A stretch of DNA of 64,000 nt, from NCBI GenBank assembly GCA_035084275.1, contig CM068750.1, positions 12,586,001-12,650,000 of the forward strand. Direction: 5' to 3'. The notes under the pieces are model-generated. The model was not told the DNA's origin, did not search any database, and saw nothing but the letters and a program-made list of their open reading frames with translations. This DNA comes from Hydrolagus colliei (Eukaryota). This document shows, one piece after another, positions 40,413 to 53,049 of the stretch. The stretch's first letter is position 1. Each line of letters opens with the position of its first letter. A program made the position numbers and the translations under genes.

Positions 40413-40939
40413 GATAACATTCTAAGTAAACACAACTTGTTCGCGACGTTGGTGAGTGGAGTTAGCCTGTTCTATTTTACCTGATTCAATCAGGGTTGAC
40501 TTGCTGAATAGTGAAGGTTTCTGTTTGGCTTGTTTATTCGAGGTCTGCAGCCACCGTTTTTTGTTACACAGACTATGCTCTAGAGGGCGTGTGAGAATGG
40601 TACCCACTCAATTCCGTTTGGTTCACCTAACTATCTGACAACCTCATCTTTTAGCAGGATTTGACGATCTTCTGATGTGACAGGCGCTATTACAAATGTG
40701 ATTTCATTAGTGCATTCCTTATCCCGTGCTGAGCTACCATGCATTGGCGTTAGTGTCAACGTATACTTTCCTCCATTTCATTTGATAGTAAGTTAACTAA
40801 TTTGACCTAAAACTACAAGTGCGTTCCTACGTTAGCGTACAGTAATGGCAATTATGAGTATCCAAAACAAACACAGAGTTCGGCACTTGTAAACCACCCA
40901 CACATAGGAATTTCCGCGTGCCAATGTTGGGAGTGTAGT

Positions 40940-41231
40940 GATGATCCTTGCATTTGATATAGCACTTTTCACGTCTTCTAGGCGTCTCAAAGCGCTTCAC
41001 AGACTGTAAAGTGAATTGATTGTATTTTGGGGCAAAATGCAATTCCGCACAGCAGTGACCCACAAACAGTCATGGATTGAAATGACCAATTTATTATTGT
41101 TTTTATTTAGGGATTATTATCTGGAGTGTGGAGTAAGAAAACTTGCCCAAGGTTTCAACCATGTCTGAAATCGAACCCAGGTCTCTCGCTTGTAAGGCGA
41201 GTGTTCTAACCACTGAGCTACAGGACTCCAC
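40940..41231 (-). mobile_element. Near full-length tRNA-derived SINE with Deu-like body and L2-type tail
   Basis: Minus strand reads gtggagtcctgTAGCTCAGTGGttagaacactcgccttacaagcgagagacctgGGTTCGATTTC (Pol III A and B boxes), then body and tail ...gctatatcaaatgcaaggat. Confidence 0.88.
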
Positions 41232-44200
41232 AACCTGAGATTGCTAAGGGAACCACCTTTCCATGCACTTTCAGGCCAAAGTTAAATCATGGTGCATCTA
41301 TGGTCCTATAAGTCTATTCTATTTGTGTGGAAATTACCTGAACTCCACACTGAAACTCAAACTGCAACGTAATAGTGTTTGACAGATTACAAGTGAGGCA
41401 GCATTAACGCACTGTAATGGCATTGTACGAAGGCTCGCTGGGTGATGAACACTGTGTCACTGGGAGAGAGATACAGCTGAATAAACACCTTTCTGCATTC
41501 TGGTAGCTGATCGATATTTTAGTGAAAACTAGAGCACCAAATAAACGAGACCCACTTTAGCCTATCTGCACGGACACTTTAACATCTACCTGCACGATCA
41601 ATACTGTGCATCGGCCCATGGAGAGGTGGGCAGATGGAGAATGGATCGACATTACACCCCCCCCACACACACACACACAATCACAGAGAGCAATAAACAG
41701 CACAAACACTGAGCGTCAACTCTTCCACTGGAACGGTTCCCACTATCAGTGAATGTTAACTGAAATTATTCTGTAAATGAGAAATGGAGACCGAAGGAAC
41801 CCCGCGTCGTTTTGTAACCTGCGGTTAGATAGAGTTAAAAGGAGCGACCCTGTGTGAAACATGATCGCAGGTTATATAGTTTGCATTGGGGTTTTTTTGC
41901 TTGTGGTTTCAAACAATTTTGTGCAGGGAGGGCAGCATTCAACCGCATATGCGGCACCAGATCTACCCCCGAATGTTTTCTTTTAGTGTTTATAGATTTT
42001 TAGATTCGTAGTTTGGTGCACAGATAAAGTCGACAAAGTACGAGCAACACAGACTCGATTCTTAATCGCAGAACAGGTATTTTTCTAAAACAAAATGTAA
42101 CGAATAAGATATACACGGATATTTCGTGCAGGACATAAACGACGTATTTCGACTAACGTGTTCGAGCAAAGATCATAAAACCATTTAACAAACACTGTAA
42201 CAATTAAGGCAGATCAGGTATTCATTCGATCATGGTTTTGAAGTCAGTGCTTATTTTCGCTCTCAATACTTTTCACCTCCGCCGGGAAGGGGCGCCACTG
42301 AGCAGGCTTGGAGTACCAGAGTCAAAGGGTTGGACCAAACACTGCACAGTCTGACGTGTTTTGTGCTTCTTCTAAACGGATGAGCAAAATCACACTGGTA
42401 AAGTAAAGCAGTGCATCTACTGCACACTGGCATTGAAATATTTCAGTAAATACTTAATACTACCACTGAAAGGTCAACCATTTCAGAATTGGAGATGAAT
42501 ATTCTGAAGCGGCTTGGCATTGGATCCATATGTTCGTTGTCCTCTAAATTTCAATCTGTCCCTCTACCTCAAGTGATGCACCTGTAACACAGGGTTGAAG
42601 CAAGTGTAAAGGTTTATCATTTACTCAAACTTTTTGATTCTTTCATATCACATAACAGGAATGTGCACTTAATTGAATCCAGTTCGGTTTTTTTTCCCGA
42701 AAATGGAAAATGTGTAATCTTTTTTTTAAATGAATGTAAACTGTTGCATGTGTCGTGTATACACTTATGACTGGCCACGTGCTGTCTGTTTAAAAAAAAT
42801 ACAATTATTGTTTAATATTAACGCTTAATAAATCACAGGAAATGTATCAAACAACAGGAAGACTATCCTGAAAATAGAATACCATCAAAGATATAAAAGC
42901 AAAATTAGTTATAAACTCATTCTTGTCCGAATCAGGATTCTACAGCAAAGTCACTGGAGTCTCCTGTCTGCTAATTGCATTTGGATGGTTTCTTGCCCAC
43001 AAGCCAAGCTTACCAGAATCTAAAATAGTTGTCACTGTGACTCTTTGCTCAAGGCTCCGTTTGAGAAATATGCAAAGCAGCGGTCGATTGGAGGGATTTG
43101 TTCATGTCGTTGTGCGAAATTATTTGAAGCATTTGAACTGAATGGAAATCACTCCGAAGCTATGTTTTGGGAAGGTGGTCATACCATTTTACGGTAACCC
43201 CCATTAAAGTTATTCCCCTTTTTATTTAAAGCAAACATTGATTTTTGCACTTCGTTTCTGTAAATTTGTATTTTTATGGAATACAATGTTTCAATTGCAT
43301 ATACGTAGATAAAACTAAATTGTTGCACAACCTTGATACACTCCAAAGAGAATAAAAAGAACAATAAATTGGATTTATGTAGCGCCTTTCACTTCGGGAG
43401 GGCTCTTGTTGTTGCAACTGAGTTGAAATAATAATCAGCGGTGAAATCTATCATGTCGTCAGATTGACGTACAGTTCTAAAGGAATTATTTTTTCCATGC
43501 AGAAATCATTGTAAATCCACTGATGTTCATTCCCAATCTTTGTTTCCAATATTTTTCTAGGAGATTTACAAGGCAAGTTTTTTTTTAACTCTGACCCCCA
43601 GCCACGTTTAACATATGAGAATTTGTGGGGTTCTGTGTTTCAGAAATCTTTTCACTGAAATATCAAGATACTTTGAAATGTTAAATATTAATGAAATAAC
43701 TACCACATCTCGCAATGGAGGACGAAATAAGGAGCCATCAAATCTAGAGTTTATTTGAAAAGACCCTACAAAATTTACCAGATTAACTGGGGGTGGTTGC
43801 TTAATTCTCTGTGGTATGATAATGATCATCACATTCTGTGTTCTATAACAGTTACTATAGTGTTGGCATCGTCTCAATCAAAATAATTCTGGTTCATCCA
43901 ACACATTAGCGTTATATCGATCAGCTGAGGTTCATTATTGTGATGTGATATTGTCGCTTGTTTCATTGTTGCACCATTTATCGGGTGCTTTTTTAAAAAA
44001 AGAATATTCTTCCTTGAGTATCAGATACTAAACATTCACAGCGGACAAGGAGCTTGCATTTAAAATTGTAACGCGATTTATTTCAGCAACACACAGTTTG
44101 CTTCATGGGAATGTTTTGAAATGTTGTAGCAGTAAAGTGAGAAGCTGGATGCAATGATTCGAGATATATTTATTAATTCAATATAAATGACAAATGTACT

Positions 44201-45387
44201 AACCTAACACTTAACCCAACAAAAAGGGGAACACGATGGTTGTCTTTTAAAAAAATTATTGTTTCTAACCGAGTGATTTGACATAAGTAACACAAAAATG
44301 TGACCGATGGAATCAGACAGGAGCTAGGTGTGTATTGTATGCTATGCCCGCATTATCCGAGGCCAGTTGAAACTGAAGCTAGGTGTGGTGTACTTTGTCG
44401 GGGTCGTTGACAGACATTATGCAGTATTTCAACCAACGACGAAGAATCCTCAGGAGAACTGAGTGAATCGCCCCAAACATCATTGGACCAAGCAGTGAGC
44501 GGTGCTATAGAACATGTTTAACAATCCAAGAGTTGGTCAGACATTAAAAAAAGGTAACGTATATTGAGTTGAACCTCTCTAAGCTCATACCCTATGACCC
44601 CCCCCCCTCCCACTCCACCCTCCTCCCCCACCTCCCTTTCACTGCACCTACCTCCCTCCTCCATACTTGCTGGTTTGACAGAAGTGTGAATCGGAGTCGT
44701 AAAATGTGTCATTGGGAAAGGGGTTTGAATTCAGGTAATCATTTTTCTCTATTTCCGAACCTGTAAGTAAAACCATCAATAGAGGCCGCTGTTCACGCTC
44801 GGTTTCTATTAAATGGGGTCTCTCTGAGGCACACACCTCTCTGGCGATCGACCTACTTACTGCAGTGTTACTAATTGTTGCTGGGATGCTGGGAATCACA
44901 AAGTCCCAAAGTAGAACGTGCTCTGATTCGGAAACTCTGCTGCAATCGTGTTTAATATCTATTGGGCTGCACTTCGGTTGCTTGTTGATTCTTCTCTCTG
45001 GCGACAAACACCAAGCAAATGTTTTTACAGGTTTTCTGTAATTATTTCAAGAATTGGTCACAATCAGATTACTTTCTTTCGCAGTCCCACGTCAACGTTG
45101 TTTGAATCGAGGTTGATAGTTTGGGACATTTGGATAACACTTTCAAACATTGGTGATCGGTATTTAGCATCGGCGTAAAAGCAACACCATAATACTCAAA
45201 TCGGTGATATTATGGCTTCTGTGGTCACACTTCTAAAAGTTGTGATTTTATTTAACTAGCTTCGGATATGCGCAAAACACATTCCGGAGTCAAACATACC
45301 GTTCCAATATATGATTTTCAGTCATTTGCATTGAACAATCTTTGTTCTATTGTATTGTATTACCTATTTGACCTGAAAATAATCCCT

Positions 45388-45560
45388 CAAGAAAAAATAA
45401 TAATTTGGTCACTCAATCCACGACTGTTTGTGGTACACTGCTGTGCGCAATTGGCTGCCGCATTTCGCCAACAAATATGCAGTCAATTCATATTCATAGT
45501 TCACTTTTAGAAGATGTGAAAAGCGCTGAATCAAATGCAAGGAGTATTATTAGTATTATT
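45388..45560 (+). mobile_element. SINE 3' half (same family)
   Basis: ggtcactcaatccacgactgtttgtggtacactgctgtgcgcaattggctgccgcatttc...tcaaatgcaaggagtattatt. Confidence 0.78.
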
Positions 45561-48500
45561 ACATTCAGAAAAGCAATTTAATAATGAGTGCGTCAAGATT
45601 TAGAAGTAATAGTAATAATAATCAGAATATCACAACAGTAACAGGTGATTTAGGAGGAGCTGCCATCATTAGGTCGCAAATGATAAAGTTTAAAGCTATC
45701 GTTGTGTTTTGTTACTAAATAGTTTTGATAAATAAATCTTATCACAATACGGTGATTGTTTTATTGAAGTTTGCATCTTCTTGCGAGACGAAAACATAAA
45801 TCATTCGCATAATCAGATTATTATATTAATTGAAACATAATTTTATTAGGCAGTTTTGCCCTAATTACATATTTCCATATTTGGAATCTCACTCCCTAGG
45901 ATAACCATTTAGGGAAAGCTTCGCACGAAAAGTCAATAATTGAATATTATTAAAATATGATCAAAATATCACAGGAATCAATGGGGCAATTTAACTTTCA
46001 ACATGAGTTAATAATTCACAATTAAAGTGTTGGCATCTATTTCCTGCAATTTAAGATTATACCGCTGAAATAAAAGGAACTCTCATTTGCTCTTGTGGCA
46101 CAAGAGGAAGAAAAAGCTGCAACATACAAGAATTTGTTTTTTGTAACAAGTCACAAGCAACGTCGTTTTGCTTACATTAACATAGCAGTTTGATTATGCT
46201 TCAATAATTATTTTTCACTACAATAACGCCAGTTAGACTGAACGCATCTAACCTTTTTTTTTAAAAAAAAGACTGTGTATCTATGCATCAATTCATAGAC
46301 TAAGATGTAATTTAGATGAATTTGACTACAATCTAACCTTCTTCTACAGAAACGAATTGAAGTATTATTATTTTCTTCATAATAACGTAAAAGTTTTGAA
46401 TTACACTAAATCATCACTGAACAGCCTCTTATTTTCAGATTATAATATATTAACTTAGCTCTACAAAGAACATTTTGTCAATGTTAAAACCCTTATAAAC
46501 CTGAAGTGTATCTTGAAAGAGTGAAAATACTCAAAATAGTCCCAAAGGCAAGTTTTGAGTGAAATGCGTGGTTGTGCTTTACAATACAGTAGTAAATAGT
46601 CCTAACTTTTAAATATTTAAATTTATAGTTTGAACAAGCAAAAAAGCCATGGTCGTCAAATCAATTGTCAAATTTTGGTGGCATTTGTTTGTGCAAAATT
46701 GTATTGTTTATGAAGAAATGCGACCTCACCACAGTTTGTGTCGCCTCTGTGTTCTGGTTTGGTTTGTGACTGAGTTGGTGGGGACCGTTTGATTGACAAT
46801 ATCTAGCCGTGTACGACATCCTGAGTGTTATCAAATGGATTGTGTCAGGTCAGAAGCTATTGAGAATCTCCATCTAGCCTCTGTGAAGTGCGCACATAAA
46901 CATAGAGAGGACTGCGCTATTCTCAACACAGGATTGTAAGAAACCTGCACATTTGCGCTCCATCCCTCCTCAGTTAGCACGTAGCTTCCAGAGCAGAGAA
47001 TGTGGTCAATGATGAAGGGGAAGATCGCGTGTATTATTTTGTTTTGCAGTAATGCACAGCTGCTTCACCGCAACAGGTAACAAAACACGTTAGAGTTGGC
47101 GAGGAAGAAACGATTTTTAAACATTATGGTGTCGACAGTCCAGCTCTGCAGAAACGTTCAGCACAGCGTTCAGCTTCAATCCGCCAACCGGTAATGCAGA
47201 TGGTGGCATTCAGATTCAATAGATTAAATCAAAGTAGATTATTCCTATGTTATTGGAGTTTGACTCAGTGTTCGATCACCAAATACACTTCGCTTTATAA
47301 TACAGTACCCACCTCACAGCTGTACCATATGGGTTTGGCAAATAGCATTGAAGGTGGGTGGAACATTATCCATCTACTGTCAGTTATCCCAGCCCCACCT
47401 CAAACAGGGCTAATGGTCTTGCTGTGATACAAGTAAGGGCGGTCTGTCAGCCACTAATAAGAATAAAAACTAATAGAAGGCAAACATGTTACAACACGAC
47501 GATGTTTATTTCACACCAGAGTTGATATAAGTAATGTGAATGTTTAAACTGTGAGACCATGATTTTTAAAATATACACGATTTTCAAAATATATAAATTA
47601 ATGATTTGGAAAAGGTTCACTGCGGTAGAAGTTAATACCAACATCAGCTAATGCAATCAACAGCGGATATAAAATACGGTGAACAATTAACTATTTGTGT
47701 CAATATAAATAATCTGTACAGTTAGCGGTTTGAATGTAACGCTATCATTTCGAACCACATAAGATAAACGTTTCTGGTTTTTGTTCTCGATACTCACCAT
47801 CATTGCGAACTATTGGTAAAAGTAAAAGTCTATTTTAAATATGCTTGATGTAGAAAGAAGCGTGCGAATCCCATCCACGATGCGAGTATTAACCTCTGCG
47901 TATTTTTTTAAATTAATATATAAAATAGACAACAAAATATAGACACACTCACCCAAATTCGTCACGGGATTTTTTGGGGACGCGAGTCAATTTGTGTCAG
48001 ATGGATTTATGCCAATCACATTTATTACGCCGTAAAATATACGGTGCACGTTAAAGTCGCCAAGGTGTATTTCAAGGATGAGCTCAGTAAACGCCTGCTT
48101 GAGCAATGAAAGGGAAATGTAACTCACTGATTCAAAAGTGTGTCAAAAAAAGTCTAACATGAAATCTTGTGGAAATCTCACCTCTCTCTAGGAGAAGTGA
48201 AGTGAAGTATAATCAGGGCAGAGGTTTATACTTGAATGATGTTAACTCATACGGGAACCTTACTGCTTCTGAACGACTTCTTGGCTACTGAATAAGAGCC
48301 CCTGAATTGAACCGAAATGATCCTTATGTATTAATATCAAGCACAGGCACAATGTGAACGACCATTTATCTTGCCACTCTGACTCTGGGTTTTTAGTTAT
48401 TCCAAGGTAGAGAGTTCACTTTTAACATTAAGTATAATTCAACCACATTGAAAACACTGTCTGACAGTGCAAATTATTGTATTCCTAAATCATATTAAAA

Positions 48501-48612
48501 GTCAGTGAGATGGTGAACCACACGTTATATTTGACGCTGCCATAAAACCTTTTTCTTTAACGCACTCGTTAGAGATAATGTATGACATGATTTCAAATAT
48601 TGTGCTTTTTTA

Positions 48613-48668
48613 ATATATATATGTATATATATATATATGTATATATTTCCACAACACACACACACACA
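48613..48668. repeat. (TA)n and (CA)n microsatellites immediately upstream of the NKX2-1 promoter
   Basis: Direct reading. Confidence 0.85.
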
Positions 48669-48689
48669 GACATACAGTAGAAATGTACC

Positions 48690-48976
48690 GGCAAGATAAA
48701 CTTGAAAGTATTTACCTTGCCATCAGCATGCAACCTAATTATCTTAGCAAGATGTTGGTTCTATTGTTTGCTGGTTTGTGCCCATGCCCCGCCTCTCCTG
48801 TCTGTCTAAAACCTGGCGCCTTGCTACAACAAACAAAAGCTAGGCGCTCGCAGGTCTATAGCCTCGACTCAATTAAGGCGGACTTCAATCACTCTCTTAC
48901 GTGTACGTCCACAAGATCGGCGCTAACATAACACTGTTTATCCGTTCAGCAAATTTGCCTACTTCGCTGCTGAACC
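48690..48976 (+). promoter_or_regulatory. NKX2-1 proximal promoter/5' UTR
   Basis: Directly upstream of the ATG. GC box CCCCGCC, FOX-like TGTTTGC/ACAAACA, TAATT cores. The segment ctaaaacctggcgcc...caattaaggcggact...ttacgtgtacgtccacaagatcggcg resembles the mammalian NKX2-1 5' region as I recall it. Confidence 0.65.
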
Positions 48977-49346
48977 ATGTCCATGAGCCCCAAGCACACT
49001 ACGCCCTTCTCAGTTTCAGATATTTTGAGTCCGATCGAGGAGAGCTACAAGAAAGTTGGCATGGACGCGGCGGGCAACCTCGGAGCTCACTTGACAGCCT
49101 ACCGGCAGCCTCAGGTCTCTCAGCCGGGGATGCAGCAACACTCTCTCGGACATACCACTTCGATGCCTACGGCAACCTATCACATGTCGCACGGGGTCCC
49201 CCAGCTATCGCACACGGCAATGGGAGGCTATTGCAACGGCAATATTGGCAACATGGGCGAACTTCCTGCTTACCAGGACACTATGAGGAACAGTGCAAGT
49301 GCCACGAGCTGGTACGGGACAAATCCGGATCCACGCTTTTCATCGA
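48977..49346 (+). CDS. NKX2-1: NK2 homeobox 1 (thyroid transcription factor 1), coding exon 1
   Basis: accATG start, [29 protein letters not shown]...[24 protein letters not shown]...[10 protein letters not shown]. Donor A|GTAAGT (intron starts 49347), phase 1. Confidence 0.97.
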
Positions 49347-50342
49347 GTAAGTCGAAATAACTGGTTTCTAATAAGGGGAATATAGCTGACTCATTAACTG
49401 AGAAAACGGATAGCGGGGAAAAAATTCACGTGTCTGTCTGGAAATTTACTGAAGTTGTAGATACGGATAGTTTTTATTAAAATTGTCTCCGATTGTTTAT
49501 GTTTTCAATCCATGTTTCGAAATCCATGTTTTCTCTCAATTCATGTGCCTGCCTCTTTTCCAACATATCTTTCATTTAAGGATCTAAGCCCCAACAATTT
49601 GTTTTAGAATCCACGCTTATTACCAATATATAATTAGTTCTGGTAGCACATTCCTTTCTGGATTTTTTGGGGGGGACTTTATTGAGAATAAATAAACATA
49701 ACTTCGGTTTCAACCGTTTTACTTCAGATTGAAACAAACTTTTTCTGACCACTCGAGGCATTTTACTCGAGTTGCAAACACTCTGCGAATTCAGCCAGAT
49801 TAAAGTGAACATATGTCAAAATAATGCACTGAACAAATGTGAAATAGGTTTTTTTAATATTTTTTTGGGGGGAGGGGGGTGTTCAGCCGAGTGTCTGACA
49901 TATTGAACAGGAAAGCAACCTCTTATTTTATGTTGATAACACTATTTAAATAATTCGGTTGCACTATCCTTAAGTTACATTATATTTGTACATAAAATAC
50001 CTTTTGACACCCGGATCATTTGTGCAGAAATTTCATTTTTTTTTGCATTAAAAAAAAATGAGCAGGGTTGCTTAATTTAGTTTAGCATTGTTTAGATTAA
50101 ATGCTCATCTGAAAAAAATCCTTAAATATCCTTTTGAAACTTTGAAATGTTCACTGCGATCAAACTGCTCAAACACATCTTAATATTAGATGTTAATGTA
50201 ATTGGTCAGCAGTCAACACGCGTTGTGAGATTGTTTATGAATTGCGAAGGAGTAAGGACACACTTGGCATGTCATAGTAACATTTATACATTGGTCTGTT
50301 GACATTTTTGTCTAAGTTTATTTATGTGTCCCTGTTTTCTAG

Positions 50343-51007
50343 TTTCCCGCTTCATGGCGCCATCCTCGGGAATGAACATGGGCGGAATGGGCGCTTTGGG
50401 CTCACTTGGAGATATTGGCAAACCTATGGCTCCTCTCCAGAGCACACCGCGGAGGAAACGCAGGGTGCTGTTCTCTCAAGCCCAGGTGTACGAGCTGGAA
50501 AGGCGCTTCAAGCAACAGAGATATCTCTCGGCCCCTGAAAGGGAACATTTGGCCAGTATGATCCACCTTACGCCTACCCAGGTGAAGATCTGGTTCCAGA
50601 ATCACCGCTATAAGATGAAACGGCAAGCCAAAGACAAGGCGGCGCAGCAGCACATGCAGCAAGACAGCAGCTCTTGTCAGCAGCAACAACAGCAACTGTC
50701 GCCCAGAAGAGTAGCGGTACCTGTGCTGGTTAAGGATGGCAAGCCATGCCAAGGCAGTGCCAATGCCCCAACCACCCCCCTGCAGGCCCAGCAGCAAGTT
50801 CCCAACACTGCAATCACAGTAGCTCCCAACGGCCCATCTCAAAGCCAGCAGGCAAATAGCACAGGTCAGACATCGGAATTAGGACAGACCTCGGCAAGCC
50901 CATCTCTCCAAAGCCACATCACTAGCTTGTCTCACTTAAACTCTTCCAATTCTGATTATGGTACAGCAATGTCCTGCTCTACCTTAATGTATGGCAGGAC
51001 CTGGTGA
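50343..51007 (+). CDS. NKX2-1: NK2 homeobox 1, coding exon 2 (homeodomain + NK2-specific domain)
   Basis: Acceptor cctgttttctag| ends 50342. Join gives ISRFM...; homeodomain [63 protein letters not shown]2-[17 protein letters not shown], end [12 protein letters not shown]. Spliced CDS 1035 nt = 344 aa. Confidence 0.97.
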
Positions 51008-51669
51008 ATTGAATCACTCGATGAGTGTACCACCTCCACGCTGTATTGATTCATGTCTACTGTGCTTTAGTAAAAAAAAACTATTTTGTAGATGTGCGTC
51101 AATATAGGAACATTCTCTCGGACAATATACAAATCTCCGGGTTGAAGTGATGGCTAAACGTTAAATTGTTTTTTTTTTGATAGGCCTGAAGGCAGTATAT
51201 TGCTGATTGGACATAATGTTGGATTGAATAGGTTTTCTCGAATATGCAGATATATACTAAATGATACAGAGCACAGATCTGTTCATATGTAAGGTCTGTA
51301 AATATAATATTTTGGCGGTGGCGTTGTTTAGAAAAGACTTTTCGAAACATAACCCAGTGTTTAAACAAAACGACACCCTTTAATATGCTTTCCTCCGAAA
51401 GGGAAGAAATGCAATAGTTTATTTAACACAACCTGACATTCTCTTAGTTTTTACCATAAAACTTAGGTGTATATTTCTGTAAAATACACACACCTGGGCT
51501 GAATTTATAGTTTTTAGTAATCTGTATATTACACTGTAAAAAAAAGTTTTCATGATGGACTAAGCGTGTACAGTATTTGATAGTTTGTTCGTTATTGACC
51601 GCGTCAGAGAGTCGTTTTTGTTGTAACTTAAAATAGATAATCGGTGTAAATATAGTGCTGAGAGCTTCT

Positions 51670-51675
51670 AATAAA
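51670..51675 (+). other. Likely polyadenylation signal of NKX2-1
   Basis: AATAAA about 660 nt after the stop, followed about 30 nt later by a T/GT-rich tract (ttgtttttattg). Confidence 0.6.
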
Positions 51676-52919
51676 TTATGAAACTTAAAACGAAATACTT
51701 AGAATTGTTTTTATTGCATATTGTATATTTGCCTTAATGTCAACGCCGTTTATTCTAGTGGAAATCCCAGTCCCTCATGCTGTAAAAAATATCAAACTGT
51801 AGTTTTATTTCCCATAGTGTAGGAAAACGAGTCTACAATGTCGCTTTTTCCAGCTATCACAAAAGCAATGAGCAGCTAGAAAGGTCTTCCACGGTTTTCT
51901 TTATTTCAAGGCACCAATGGAGCCGGTTGAACAAACACACAGGAACTGATAAGGTATTACATTTTGGTTTAATCACTGTTTACAATGAGAGCACGTGGAC
52001 TAACTGAATAGTTTCATAGGCTTTGGTGGCTAGTGGGGGAGCAAGCAAGTCATTTTTACTGAGGAAACTGTGATTTGAATTTAGCTAATTTTGAAACGCC
52101 AGGTCCATTGGTATTATGATAGTATTAACCGCGGCCCTGTAGAATGAAGGTAGTGTAAGTAAGTACAGTGCGGAATAACCTGCACTGTTAGCGGTGCTGT
52201 CGATAATCAGCGGTTCAAAGTCCAGATACGTCAAACGTCAGTGGTTTCAATTCGTGATTTGATCGTAAACTGCAGAGATATCTAACGATGTTAAACACTC
52301 ACATCGCTTCGCCGAAATTAATTTTGGATTAATTCCATGGAGCGAATTATAGTTAAAGTAGATAATGAGGGCAAAGTGCATTTCAATTAGAGCGAGCGCT
52401 TATGATTTCTCGTTGGAAGACACTGTTTGTTTTGGCATTAAGGAAATCTCAGTTGTTTGCTGTAGACAAAAGGCAATGATCTACATGTTGCTCGGCCGGG
52501 CTCAGGCCCATTTAAAACTAGGCTTGTAGTCATCTGGGTATTTTAGTATTGATTGAGCACACATATTTCAAATGCCGATTAAATATTTCCCGTTTATAAC
52601 AACCGAGCGACCAAGCTGCAAGTTACATGTATATTTCTTGAATCCTTTGCTTCGTTTATCTGTAAATAAATATTTACTGCGGGCAGCAAACAATTCCTCC
52701 ATTTGCCCACGTTGTCGTTGTACAGAATAGTTCAACACAGTGGAATGGAAAAACCTAACAATTTTACGTATCTACACTGAAAATATAAATACATAATTAA
52801 AGAATTTTGCCATTGATTGTTTTTGGAGAAAGTCAAAGATCAATATCAATTTATCGATACGAATTTGAAACTAATGTTTGATTCTCTCGCCTGCAGAAGG
52901 ATTGACTTTACTCAGTGAT

Positions 52920-53049
52920 AATCCCCTCCTCTCCTACACCCTCCCCAATCCCGACCCCAGCTCGGGTCTGAAACATTGACTGTTCAGCGCCTTAGGACGT
53001 CCTACTGACTAGAAAGGCATTACACAAATGTAATTTTGTTGTTGTTGTT
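52920..53049 (+). mobile_element. L2 3' UTR/tail remnant
   Basis: gctcgggtctgaaacattgactgttcagcgccttaggacgtcc...acaaatgtaattttgttgttgttg, matching the ends of the L2s at 14.4 and 19.6 kb. Confidence 0.72.

Noticed and set aside
41160-41231. tRNA gene
   Set aside because: A and B boxes belong to a SINE head joined to body and tail; no complete cloverleaf is evident.
50402-50842. 146-aa antisense ORF over NKX2-1 (and alternative-frame ORF 48901-49350)
   Set aside because: Shadow frames of real exons; no independent support.
25314-51007. Alternative identity as the NKX2-2/NKX2-4 paralogous pair
   Set aside because: SFTVRSILDLP and C-terminal WNW fit NKX2-8; MSMSPK...EESYKKVGM and the C-terminus fit NKX2-1.
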